Shown here: positions 13,013 to 24,356 of the stretch, piece after piece
How positions within the stretch are numbered: position 1 is the stretch's first letter
Layout: every line of letters starts with the position of its first letter
NCBI RefSeq assembly: GCF_009914755.1
Contig: NC_060929.1
Reading direction: 5' to 3' (one strand)
Source: the human T2T-CHM13v2.0 reference genome, Homo sapiens
DNA length: 64,000 nucleotides
Notes under the pieces: generated by a model
What the model was told of the DNA's origin: nothing
The model's input: only the letters and a program-made list of their open reading frames with translations
The model's database searches: none
Program-made: the position numbers and the translations under genes

Positions 13013-16000
13013 GGACACAGAGCAAAGCATGGGTGTCTCAGACCGGAACTGCCTCACACGCTCCCCACAAAAACGAAATACCTCACTGCTCCCGGCTCAC
13101 GGCTGGGGTTGTGTATCCTGGGCCACAGCACGCCCAACACACTCCGCTTGAATCACCAGCTCAATGCCATTGTGTCCTTCAGGGCTCTGCCCAGGGCCAG
13201 CGTGGAGCTGTGTGTGACGTGGAAACATTTCATTTTGTTCACTTCAAAAATCATCCTTTGGCATTTCAGTTCTTTTCGCAAACTGTGTATGCTTTCCTTT
13301 ATAAGTTGATTTATTCTTAGGAATCACTTTTCTCTTAGTGTATTTGGAATACTGAAAGTTATTTTTAGACACAAGGATTAACTGACTTTCAATTCAAGTT
13401 TCTTTTACAACCTTGACAAACGGCTCTTCACTTTTGGGTGACTTTTTTTTAAAGATAATATTAAAAGAGACTGATATTTTAGTACTGAAATCTCAAAACT
13501 GCTGCATATTACCTACTATATTTTTAAAAATTCTAAAACCTCAATAAATTTCAATACTTTCTTCTTGTGTATGAGATCACCCATTCTACTCCAGTATGAA
13601 ATGGTACCCTAAGTTGTTAATTTAATAAAATTGTATTTTCTTCCTCCTGAAGTCATCCCTACCCCCTAAATCTCCCAACTTCACAATCTACACGCACCCA
13701 CCCCCCCACAGATTCTTTGTTATTGCACTTATATTGCCTTTTTAAAATCATCAGATTTTTAACTCTCCCTGTCTATGGCCTAAGCTAGTCGCCAGTGAGG
13801 CTTGTTCAGGGAGAAGTCATGCTTTATTACCCTTTATCAATCAATAAAATGAATTTTATTTTGCTTATGCTATAAAATCTGCATGAAGGCAGAAGGAACC
13901 CCTGTTTGGGGTGTTTGTGTGGAGCCCAGGAGCAGAGGCAGCCTGCACTCCATCATGCATAAAAGGAGAAATGGTATTTATAAGCCCACTCGCGTGAAGC
14001 TTGAGTGGGCAGATTCATGAAATTCGCCGAGATTTGGATTACATTTAAACCATTCTATACAGCTCTACTTTTGATTAAGGCTGTGTGTGCCGTGAAAGCC
14101 TCCCATTTGAATAGAACTTGGATTTTTAAGAACTTTGAATGTGCGCTAATCTAAATTGAGCTCTGAGTCTGATCTCGAAGTGTACAGTGGGTCAATTTAC
14201 AGTCAGTATTAAAAGGGGCACAAAGGAGAGAGCACTGCCTCCCGAGAGAATTCTAGCTTTGGATCTGAGTTTATTAATTTTGGGATCAACGTAGAGGTGA
14301 CTCACTCCAATTGCACTTATTAAATGATGAGACTTAAAGTCCTTAAGTAGAAGACTCCAGCAAGACAATTGAAATCAACAAAGGAGGAGAAAAAGGTTTT
14401 CACGTGTACACACCCACACACTCATCCCTAAAAAAGAAAAGCTTACCCGAATAGCCTCACAAGGCCCCAGAAATGAACGTTTCTCTTTTTCTTAATAGTA
14501 GTGATGGACTCATTTTATCATAGTGCTTTTTTTAAAAAGCTATTTTTGATCTGACTCTGCCAACCTAGTCCTTCTCCTTTATGTAATACTCTACCTGTCT
14601 GTCTATGCCTGTTTCTCTTTTTTCTGATCACCAGCAGATGTGGCCTGAACATCCTGTCTCGAAGCTTATTTTAATATCTTATAAAAAAGAGTCTCATCTT
14701 CCTGTCCAGGAGCTACAGGATAAGTGAAGTTTCACCATCCGTGGTCTCTGAGTGCTGGATCTCTCACTGGGAAACCCCTTCATGGATACCAGCCCTGCTT
14801 CCACGTGTGCCGAGCAGGTGGACGCCCTGCTCCTATTTTCAATCAATTGGGATGGCGAAGGTCCTATATCTTCTGTAAAACTCCATGGTGCACTTGGGAG
14901 AAAATGAATGAGAGAATAGAGACAATTAATGTATTTATTAAACACAATGTCTTTATTCCAAGTATAAACATATTGAATAATATATGAAGAATATTAAATA
15001 TTTGATGAAAATATGATGTCTCGGAAAAAGGAAGTGGTTCCAGATTGATAATTATGTGGATGATGAAGGCAGACAGAAATTTTTCTATCAAAATTTGGCA
15101 AAATATAACAGTTTATGCTCATTTTATGTAATGATATTCTCAATTACCCTGTAAGAAGATTCCAAGTCCCTGGGCCATCACCAGGGGACCCCACAGTACA
15201 TCATGTTCATCTCTTTCTCAATTTCCACGCATGAGACCTCATGTCTCATTGGCCCTCTCTCCTTGCTCCAGGTGAGAAGACAGTAAACGCCTGTGTGTAG
15301 CTGGAGATCCTGGTGAGTCCAAACAAATGCAATCATTTGGGGAAACAGAGATGCCAAACTCAACACAGACAGAAGCCCCAGAGGTGGAATCCAAGTGAAA
15401 TAACTGTGTCATCAACAGACAATTATTTAAAAAAAAGTTCAAAAACAATTACAAAGCTCTATAATTGTAAATTGGGAAGTTCAGGGTACCAAAGTGGAAC
15501 TTATACTTGTTTATTGTTATTAGAAAATTGGCAGGATTATTATCCTGCACCTAATACACAATGCTAAATATTTCTTGTCATCTACCAAAAGATACATTCC
15601 CAATTCACTGGCAGGAGACATTTCGTGGGTAAGATTTGTGGCAAGTCGTAAGGAGGTTTTACTAGAACCCACCGTGTAAGGAATGAAGTCACTTAAGAAT
15701 AATTTCTGGTAACACCTGAGGTGTTCATGCTCAGACGGATCCACTCACCTGGAGAACGGCTGAGTCAGGACTCTCAGCTCTTGACTCCAGCATCCCAGTG
15801 GACAGTTTTCATATGGATGTAAGCACAGGGGCCCTTAAACCTGTTGCAGGAATCTCGTGTCTAACAAGGAGATGGCTTACCTTCAAATCAGCTGTAAGTT
15901 AGCTGGAAATTCAGAATGCAATCCAACAGAAAACTGAGTTCAATTCCTAGGTCAGTCTATGACATTCTGTAGAACGTACATTGTAATCGAACTATGTAGA

Positions 16001-16177
16001 TTACTTGCAACATCTACTAAATGGAGGAAGAACAATTCATGAATTAAAGGTGTTTGTAAAAAACAGAGAACTACAGTGGATATTACACTGGACTGAAGTA
16101 GCCATCCACGACTCAGCTTCCAGGCCCAGCTCTTCCACCTATTAGGTGAATTTGCCTATTACATAAACTTGCTTCCT

Positions 16178-16536
16178 GTGTGAGTCCATTCATGCTGCTA
16201 TAACCAAATGCCACAGATTGGGGAACTTACAGAGAAAAGGTATTTACTTTCTCACATTTCTAGAGGTTGGGAAGTCCCAGATCAAGGCATTAGCATGCTG
16301 GGTGTCTGGTGAAGACCCGTTTCACATAGGCAGTGTGGTCTTGGTGTCCTCACCCAGCAAGAGTGTGGAAGAGAATGGACACTACCTCAAGTTGCTGTGT
16401 AGAGCCCCTCATCTCATCCATGAGAGCTTCATGCTCGTGGCTTAATCCCCTCCTACGGGACCCACCTCTTAATGCTGTCAGGTTGGCCATTAACTTTCAA
16501 CCTATGGATTTTGGGGAATGCACTGTGACCATAACA
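16178..16536 (-). mobile_element. MaLR LTR (MLT1A/MSTD-like), apparently inside a MIR remnant
   Basis: gtccattcatgctgctataaccaaatgccacaga...gggaagtcccagatcaaggca...cccacctcttaat...accataaca. Confidence 0.8.
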
Positions 16537-16739
16537 CCCACACATAACTTTCTCCATTTAAAAGTTGAGAACATTGTATTAAAAAGTTTCTAGCAGTCTA
16601 TTTAAGACCTTTCTTTTCCAGTAACTCACCAGTTTCCAAATGTTAACATTTGGCATGTGATGTGAACATTTCAGTTTGTTGCACTACGTTTACCTGAGTT
16701 TCTGCTCTCTGCACAAAAAGCACCCCTCCATTTGTATAA

Positions 16740-17183
16740 CAATATTCGCAATCATAAGAAGACATTAATTGTCTTTATTCTCTCATTCATTTTCTCCCAA
16801 GTGCATGGTGGACTTTTGCAGAAAGTATAGGACCTTGGCTGACCCAATTGATTGAATACAGGCGCAGAATGATCAACTGTCTTCTATTAAGTCAGACATA
16901 AAAAAGGTATCCAAAAATGTGAAACTATGCCACCCGTCTCACTCACTATTTCCTGTATTGTTTCGGAAAACATCTATTTTCATTAAAATATTATATATGT
17001 TAACATGCCATGGATTCATATTTAAAAGATCACATACATAGCTAGCATTTTTCTCAATTTTAGTTTCTAATATGATAAATATTGATGGATTAAATCCACA
17101 TGAACAAAAGCTCTTTCAGGTTCTTCAATAATTTTTGAGACCATGAAGGGGGCACTGAGATAAAAAATCAGTGAGAACCATCA
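16740..17183 (+). mobile_element. Charlie1-family hAT DNA transposon (non-autonomous, Charlie1b-like)
   Basis: ctgtcttctattaagtcagacat...ccacatgaacaaaagctcttt...caataatttttga...tgagaacca terminal motif. Confidence 0.75.
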
Positions 17184-17267
17184 GGTTAGCAAATGTGTAT
17201 CGTTTTATTATTAACCTAACTCAAACAACAAATTCTATAAAGCAAATCAAATGAAATGAGAATAGGT

Positions 17268-17557
17268 TTATTGTTATTATTATTATTATTATTTTGTGAT
17301 TATTTTTAGAGTCAGGGACTTTCTGTATCACCCAGGATGAAGTGCAGTGGTATGATCGTAGCTCACTGCAGCCTCAACTTCCTCCCTCCTCAGTCTCCCG
17401 AGTAGCTGGGACTACAAGCACTCATCACCACACCTGACTAATTTTTCAAATATTTTTTTCAATGACAGTGTCTCACCATGTTGCTCAGGCTGGTGTTGAA
17501 CTCCTGGGCTCAAGCACCCACCTCAGCCTCCCAAAGCCCTGGGATGACAGGTGTGAG
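17268..17557 (-). mobile_element. AluJ-type SINE with (TTA)n tail and small internal deletions
   Basis: tgcagtggtatgatcgtagctcactgcagcctcaac...gaactcctgggctcaagc...cagcctcccaaag. Confidence 0.9.
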
Positions 17558-18568
17558 TTGTAGTCCCTTATTAGCATGTCCTACATCACTGATGAATAAT
17601 CCTTCTCCCCCAACTCTCCTTCTCCTCCTCTTCTGTTCTTCTTCTCGCCTTTCCTCCCCATGCCTTTCTCCCTAGCCCATGGCTGGTGTCGTCCCTCAGT
17701 TTTCTGGTGGGTAAGCAGAAGCTCACCCCATCTTCTCCTGTGCTTTCAGCCTTACCTCAGTCTCCTGAATCCCAAGCCCTCAGAGGCAGCCCCATCTCCC
17801 TTGGGCCGCTCCTGGTCCTAAGAGTGACCTGCCCTGGGGGTGCTGCACCCATCACCTGGGCTTGAGGATCTCTAATAAGGCTTTTGTCTCTTAGCAAACC
17901 TCCTGCAGGGTCGGTGCATGTCACACATTAAAGACAGCTCTGTACATGGTTCTGGGCAGCATGGTGCTGGTGGGGGGATTCTCAGTAGCTCCATGAAGAG
18001 GGCATTGCTGCACCCTGATGCTACCCTGGCTTGTCGGAGAGGTCCAGGCGAGTCTGCAGGGCAGCATGCACAGTGAAGAAAGGAGTGAAAAGCTCCTGCC
18101 TTGTCTGATGCACACAGGACAGACTGCTGGCAGCAGTGGGTTCCCACTGAGCCCCAAGAGAAAGAATGGCCACTGTTAGGGAAACCCTTGTAGAAATAGT
18201 GGGCATAATATTCAATGCAGTCTAAAGAAAAAATGGATTAAAAAATATTTGATGATCAAGGACTTGGTCTGAGGTCAGCTCCCCCTTCCCCGCTTTCCCC
18301 TCAGCCAGGGACTCCGCTCTGCTCCAGGTGTGTTGGTCGGATATGGGGCATCCTCTCTTTTCCTTTTCTCATTTCCATGGCCCCCGTCCCTCCCTCTCTT
18401 CTTCTGTCCCTTCCTACCTCCATCTTCTCTATTCCTTTTCCTCTCTGCCTGTTTTTCACTCTACTTTCTTCCTTTCCTTCCTTTCTTTCTTTTCTCCATT
18501 TCCATGGCTTTATACTCAAGCCTCTGTGGTTGTGAAGAACATAAAGACGCTGTGTAAATTGTGGGAGC

Positions 18569-18618
18569 CCAGAGGTTCTCGTAATTTGGGGTCTGAGGAC
18601 CCTTTTATACTCTTAAAA
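18569..18618 (-). mobile_element. Isolated Charlie1-type terminal fragment
   Basis: cagaggttctcgtaatttggggtctgaggacccttttatactcttaaaa matches the reverse complement of the Charlie1 right end seen at about 17135-17183. Confidence 0.5.
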
Positions 18619-19962
18619 GGAGCTATGCAAATTAGGACTGAGATTTATTGACCTTCCACAGAGGGGACATCCAGAACCAGTGACAGAGGCACAGCTGGAG
18701 CTCGGGCCGGCTCCGGACTCAGACCCTGGTTCTCTCCGGGTCTCTGCCCCCTCTCTCTTGCAGCCCCTCCCTCCTGCCTTCCTCAGACCCCTAGGGCCCC
18801 TCCTGTCCTTGTCATTTTTGTTTTTGTTTTATGCTCTTTCCTGCAGACTGGCCGCCTGCTCCCTGTTCCTGTGTCCTCTGCTCTGTGGGTTCCACGTGGC
18901 TTTAGTTTGCTCCACTTTGACTCATCTGCAGGGAGCTTTCAGCTGAAGGCCCTGGGGGTGCATGAAACCTGAAATCATAATTTCATGATTGATCCTGCCT
19001 CCTGTCTTTACCCCTTTGATGACACTGCTCTCATCAGTGGACCAGTGACTGCTCTGTCCCTGCAGGGTAGTGGGGATATGCTTGTGCCCGGGCTCAAGAC
19101 CAGCTCAGGGCTCACTCGGGATTCAGGTGCATGGCCACCCAAGCATCCCTTTCTTATGTGCAGAGCCCAGGTTGGGCCGTCTGGCTCAGTGGAGGCCTCG
19201 GCTGCCTCCTGACTCTGCCACCCTCCCCAGCCTTTGCTGCCCTCTGGATCCAGTCCCAGGTGGCCCTGCCTGAGCTCCTGCAGGACTCTTGGTGCCTGGG
19301 GTGTACGTTTTCATCCTGCCCAGAGAGAGGAAGCATGATTGGGTTCTGAAATCTGCCTTGGTAAGTCCTTCTCCTTCCCTGGGATGGGAAGAGGACTTGC
19401 AACCACACAGCAAGGCCTGGGACTTACGATGCAGAAACGGGTCCTTTCCTCTCCACGGGGAAGGAAGCATGGGAGGCAGATGCTCAGGTTCCCCCTCAGC
19501 TTCTGCTGCAAAACAAACAGCCCCCAGCCTGCCTGCCCTTCCACCAGGCTCTCTCCTGGCCTGCACCAGGCCTCCCCTTTTCTCTAGGCCTTCACGGGCC
19601 TTCTCTCAGTTACTGCTCAGGTCTCCCTGCCAGCCCCAGTCATTCTAGGGCAACTTAACCCCCAGGAAGCCTCCGCTACCCCAGACCATGGGGCTCAGGC
19701 AAGGCCCTACCTCCAAATTCAACCCTCACCCTTGGGATTCAGCCTGGTTGTCATTTCCTCCACCCCTGACACTCGCATCTGGGCCAGTTCCTCTGTCCAG
19801 CCCTAAACTCCCCCATTCACAGGGGACTATGCCCTGTAGCCACAGTGTGTGCTTGCTCTTTCCCCTCTGCCTACCTTCTCTCCAGAGGTTTAGGCTCTGG
19901 TCAGGAGAAAGTATGAGGTCTTGTCTGTCACTCAATAGTCTTGGGGGATCATCAGCACTGGA

Positions 19963-20312
19963 TAATATGGTTTGGCTGTTTCCCCACCCAAATCTCATCT
20001 TGAATTGTAACTCCCATAATTCCTATGTGTCATGGGAGGGACCCAGTGGAAAGTAATTGAATCATGGGGTTGGGTCTTTCTCATGATATGAATAAGTCTC
20101 ACAAAATCTGATGGTTTTATAAAGTCAAGTTCCCCTGCACATGCGCACTCTTGCCTGCTGCCATGTAAGACATGACTTTGCCCCTCATTCGCCTTTAGCC
20201 ATGATTGTGAGCCCTCCCCAGCCATGTGGAGCTGTGAGTCAAACCTCTTTCCTTTATAAAGTATCCACTCTCGGTTATGTCATTATTAGCAGCGTGAGAA
20301 CAGACTAATACA
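19963..20312 (+). mobile_element. THE1 (THE1C-like) MaLR solo LTR
   Basis: Starts taatatggtttggctgtttccccacccaaatctcatcttgaattgta; ends ttagcagcgtgagaacagactaataca; about 350 bp. Confidence 0.95.
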
Positions 20313-21124
20313 CTGAGGATCTCCATCAAGCTGCCATCATCTTACTTGCTGTCTCTCACCTGCTTGGGCCCTACCTGTTAAACCGTGCAGAAGCCATGCA
20401 GCCAATTGCTTGCCTGGACATCCTCTCATGATAAGCATGGCTCCCTCAGACCCTGTGATCTCCAGGCATGACACGGAGGGGCAATGAATGAGAGAGGACA
20501 GTTGTGGGGTCATGGGGATGAGGTGGGAAACGAAGAGGCCCTCCCAGGGGTTGTTATGGTGGAGGGAGCACCTCTGCAGAGATACTGGGTCAGGAATCCC
20601 AGGGTTTAAAGGAATTAGGTGCTGGTAGCAAGTGGGGAAATGGTAGAAAGAGAAAGGAGTTGGATCAAGAAATGCTCAGAGAAGAGGAGCAAGGAAGAGC
20701 ATTGGAGGTCTGAGTGCTCCTGCAGAGAACTGCTCTCATTTGGAACTGGACCTTGGTATGGACCTGGCCCATTGCGGCCAGGCATCCTCTGGCTGCAGCC
20801 TTGTGGATGCACGGGGATAATACAGAGATTGGCAACCATATCACTCTGCAGGTGTGAGCCAGGAGCCCCTGAGATTGGAATCTGGCTGTGTGCAATCCCT
20901 TGGCTCCCCACACACAACGTGCACCTGAGGTTCTCTTACCATAAGGGGGGGTCTTGCACTCACACAGCTGATCTGTTGATGAGCCCCAGGAGGGCCCCAG
21001 GCATGGGACAGCCAGTGGAGCAGCGTGGGGCCCACGTCTCAGGAGAAACAGATACCATCCTCCAGCTCCTTTGATGACAGAGTGAAGCTTACCAGTGGCG
21101 ATGCAGGGCCTCTTCCTGAAGGCC

Positions 21125-21320
21125 GTGTGTGTCCCAGAGCGAGTGAGCTGGTGCAAATCAGTATGTGTGCACGTGCATGCGAGAGTATGTGTGTGTGTGA
21201 GTGTGCACACGCGTGTGTACTTGTGTATGGATGTGAACGTGTGTGTGCATAAGTGTGTGGTTATGGGTGTGGACATGAGTGTGTGTTTGTGAATGGGTGA
21301 GTGTGGATGAGCAAGTGTGG
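21125..21320. repeat. Degenerate (TG)n low-complexity tract
   Basis: Interrupted gtgtgt/gcacgt/gtatgt runs. Confidence 0.85.
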
Positions 21321-22540
21321 ATGTCCTGGCCACCTCAGAAGAGAGCCCCTTGCTCTCCTCCACAGCCCTCCCTTTTCCATCCTTGGAGGCGAATGAGTTC
21401 AGTAGATTTCTATAATTACATACCCTGAATATTCCTCATTAAGCTTTGAAAAATGCTTGCCAAATTCAGGATATTTTATCTAAAATTGCTTTCCTTCAGG
21501 CCCCAGTTCCTCTCTACACATTTAATTTAAACTAACAATAAAATGCCCCTATAATGAATATGTGCTGTTGGGAAGGGGAGATGAATATAAAGCTGCGGCC
21601 ACTTAGTCTTGTCGTGGGTGGGGCACAGATGCTCTGTGCCTCGGTGGTCAGAGAGCCAGGGGCAGAGCAGGCAGCCTGGGAAGCCCACATGGGGTAGGCA
21701 CTTTACCCCCAGGAGGCCTCTCTGTGGTGTTGGTGACCTCGGGTTGGGGACCTAGGGGGCTTAGGAGGTTTCACCCGGGGTGTGGCCATGGCTGTGCACA
21801 TCTGCATCCCTATGCCCAAACCCTGCAGTAGCTATGGGTGAAATAAATGGGCACCTTCTTCCTAGTCTTCTTCATTTGGGTCAGAATGTCTCTTCAAAAT
21901 GTTGACCCATCAGAATGCAAAACCACACCCCTCAAAACCTTTGTGGAAACGCACGTGTGGCCTAGAAGCTGATGTCCTGTTTGGGAGAGCCTAGGGGTTG
22001 CCAAACATCAGGTGGGAGCAATTTCATACCCAAATCTTAACATCTGTTGCTCAGGCATGAACCTAGAGTGGCTGGAAATATAATAAGATTTATAACTCTG
22101 TTTTAAGCAGATTAATTTTGTAATATTTGCTTTTCACCCTCTGAATTTAATATTCAGATTTAGACATGGGAATTGCCTTATAAAATAACTCATGCCACTC
22201 AGTCTCATGCGTCCTGCTGCCTGGCCTGGCCCCCGTGATTCCCTCTGTTCTTCAGTGTCTCCCGCGGCTTGGTGGAGCCGTCACCCTCCCACCTGCATGG
22301 GCTGACCGGCCAGGCTTAGGCTTACAGCTCATCCTCCTTCTCTGCCACCAGGTCTGCAATCTCGGCGAGAACCTGTGCAATCTCGGTGAGGACTACCTCA
22401 GAGGACAAGTATCTGTCACAGGGGAGTGTTGATTTGAGGTTTCCACTAAAATACCTTTAAAGTAAAGTACAGGTAGCTAGAGTTATCTATAGGTATTTAA
22501 AAAAAAAAAAAGAAAAGAAAAGGTAAAATCACTCATGCTG

Positions 22541-22926
22541 TGCATGAGTTTGCTAGGACTGCCATAACAAAATACCACAATCTGGGGGGCTTGAACCACA
22601 GACATGCCTCGTCTCACAGTCCTGGAGGCGGGAGATCTGACATGGAGGTGTCAGAGGAGTGGTTTCTCCTGAGGCCTCGCACCCTGTCTTCTAGATGGCA
22701 CCTTCCCCTCATTCCTTTACATACTTTTCCCTCTGCACCTGTCTGTGTCTTCATTTCCCCTTCTAATTAGGACACCAGTTATATCAGATTAGGGTCCATC
22801 CAGATGACCTCATTTTAACTTAATTACATCTTTAAAGACCCTATCCCCAAATATAGTCACATTCTGAGGTACTTGGGGTTGGGACTTCTACATAGTAATT
22901 GTGGGGACATGATTCAGCCCGTAACA
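22541..22926 (-). mobile_element. MaLR LTR (MLT1B-like)
   Basis: gctaggactgccataacaaaataccaca...gacctcattttaacttaattacatctttaaagaccctat...gtcacattctgaggtact...attcagcccgtaaca. Confidence 0.85.
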
Positions 22927-23084
22927 CCCTCCTACAAGAGTAAACACGAAGGTTCTGACCACTAAGAGGAACAACTGAATGATGTTTCTGGATAATCCCA
23001 ATGCAGGCAGCAATTTATTTCTATTAAAAATTAATTGGAGAGCATAGAGGAATGAAACCACACTGTCATGTCAACTTGATGTTC

Positions 23085-23151
23085 CCTTAGACTAGCACTA
23101 TTAAACAGATTCAACAGATTTAATAACAGATTGAATAGTGCTAGTCTAAGG
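23085..23151. repeat. Perfect 18-bp inverted repeat enclosing 3 copies of AACAGATT
   Basis: CCTTAGACTAGCACTATT (23085-23102) and AATAGTGCTAGTCTAAGG (23134-23151); 31-nt spacer. Confidence 0.97.
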
Positions 23152-23491
23152 ATCATCACCAAATCCAACAAAGAAAGGCGTTGGTCATTTTTGCATAGAA
23201 CATCCAATATCAGAGGGAGACATGAGTGGTAACCATATTATTAATATAGATTATTGATTAGTAACAAAATTCTGAAATTACTTCCAGTGTTTCAGTTGTC
23301 AGCTTAGTAATATTTCTGCTGGAGCCTGGATCAAAATAAATATTGCAAGATGAGGAGCTCACAAAATTAAAGAACTCTGTAGGTATTAACTTAATATTTT
23401 GCTTTTTCTAAGATTATTATTAAAGTATCCTCTGAGCTAAGGAGCCAACGTGTTCCTGATGATTTGCATGCTATCTCATGGCATCTGTGCT

Positions 23492-23605
23492 GTGGCTCAC
23501 AGGGTGGACAGTGGCTCACAGGGTGGACAGTGGCTCACGGGGTGGACAGTGGCTCACGGGGTGGACAGTGGCTCACAGGGTGGACAGTGGCTCACAGGGT
23601 GGACA
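23492..23605. repeat. Minisatellite, 6 x 19 bp GTGGCTCAC(A/G)GGGTGGACA
   Basis: Six contiguous units; the only variable position reads A,A,G,G,A,A. Confidence 0.98.
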
Positions 23606-24138
23606 GCAGACAGGCCTTTCTTTACTAAAATGACCACTTCACCCTTAGATAATCAGGCCTCTCATTTCAGGGCTCTAAAAGCGAAACGTGGCTGTGCCCT
23701 TCCTCAGTCTCTACAGAGGGAAGACCAGAGCAAAGAGAAATTTCCATCCACAAAATGATGGCTGGTCACATTTAAATGTGAGACTTTGGACGTTCCTGGC
23801 TTCTGGGTCAAGATCCAGGACACATGTGATACTGCACAAATAAGACGCGGTAGTTTCATGATAAAATGAAAGGATATGTCTTTGCAGGGCCAGGGGTGTG
23901 TTGGGAGCTCCGGAAAGCACTCAGCCTGGCCCAGCCTGCCCAGCTGGGGCAGAGTCATGTTCACTCCCTCAAAACCCAGGGAAGAATAAGCCGGACTCCA
24001 AATGCGTTTTTCATAAGTGTTCCCGTGTGACAAGCACAAGTGACATACATATTCCAATGTTGATGCGTTTGGCCTGGGCCCTCTTTTATTTGTTTGACCA
24101 GGGAATGAAAGGCTGTTTCTCCTGGGACAGGAACAGCC

Positions 24139-24356
24139 CGTTGCCTTAGGCGAGGTGGGCTTGGGAGACGGTGAGGGGGTTCGCGCAAGGCCTTCTGCTC
24201 CCCCCACACAGGCGATGTCGGCAGTTTATGGGTGAAATGGTGGAGCTGGATGTATTCAGTGCCTAAGGCGTGCAACCCACGGTCCCATTGGCGATTGTCT
24301 CCTGTCTCTTTTGTCCCTCACATTTTTTGGTGCCATCATCAGCGATTTCCGGAAAT
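24139..24356. promoter_or_regulatory. Candidate regulatory element (CpG-retaining, AP-2/ETS/CCAAT motifs)
   Basis: 12 CpG in about 213 bp; GCCTTAGGC 24143-24151; GCCTAAGGC 24261-24269; palindrome ATTTCCGGAAAT 24345-24356. Function is inferred only. Confidence 0.35.

Noticed and set aside
13984-14010. 8-bp GC-rich hairpin GCCCACTC/GAGTGGGC (also the 16-bp AT-rich palindrome at 25403-25418)
   Set aside because: Stems of this length are expected by chance in 64 kb, especially in low-complexity DNA.
15255-15320. Possible short plus-strand exon (pyrimidine tract-CAG ... CTG/GTGAGT)
   Set aside because: Stop codons in all three frames; isolated splice-like motifs are frequent by chance. A non-coding exon cannot be excluded without RNA data.
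20665-21363. 232-aa minus-strand ORF, the longest non-L1 ORF
   Set aside because: Its openness comes largely from the (CA)n-like tract giving HTHT repeats; no recognisable domain, no ATG at the annotated start, no exon context.
23492-23605. Repeat array as a possible CRISPR (also 8756-8936)
   Set aside because: Units are contiguous with no unique spacers, there are no cas genes, and the context is primate.
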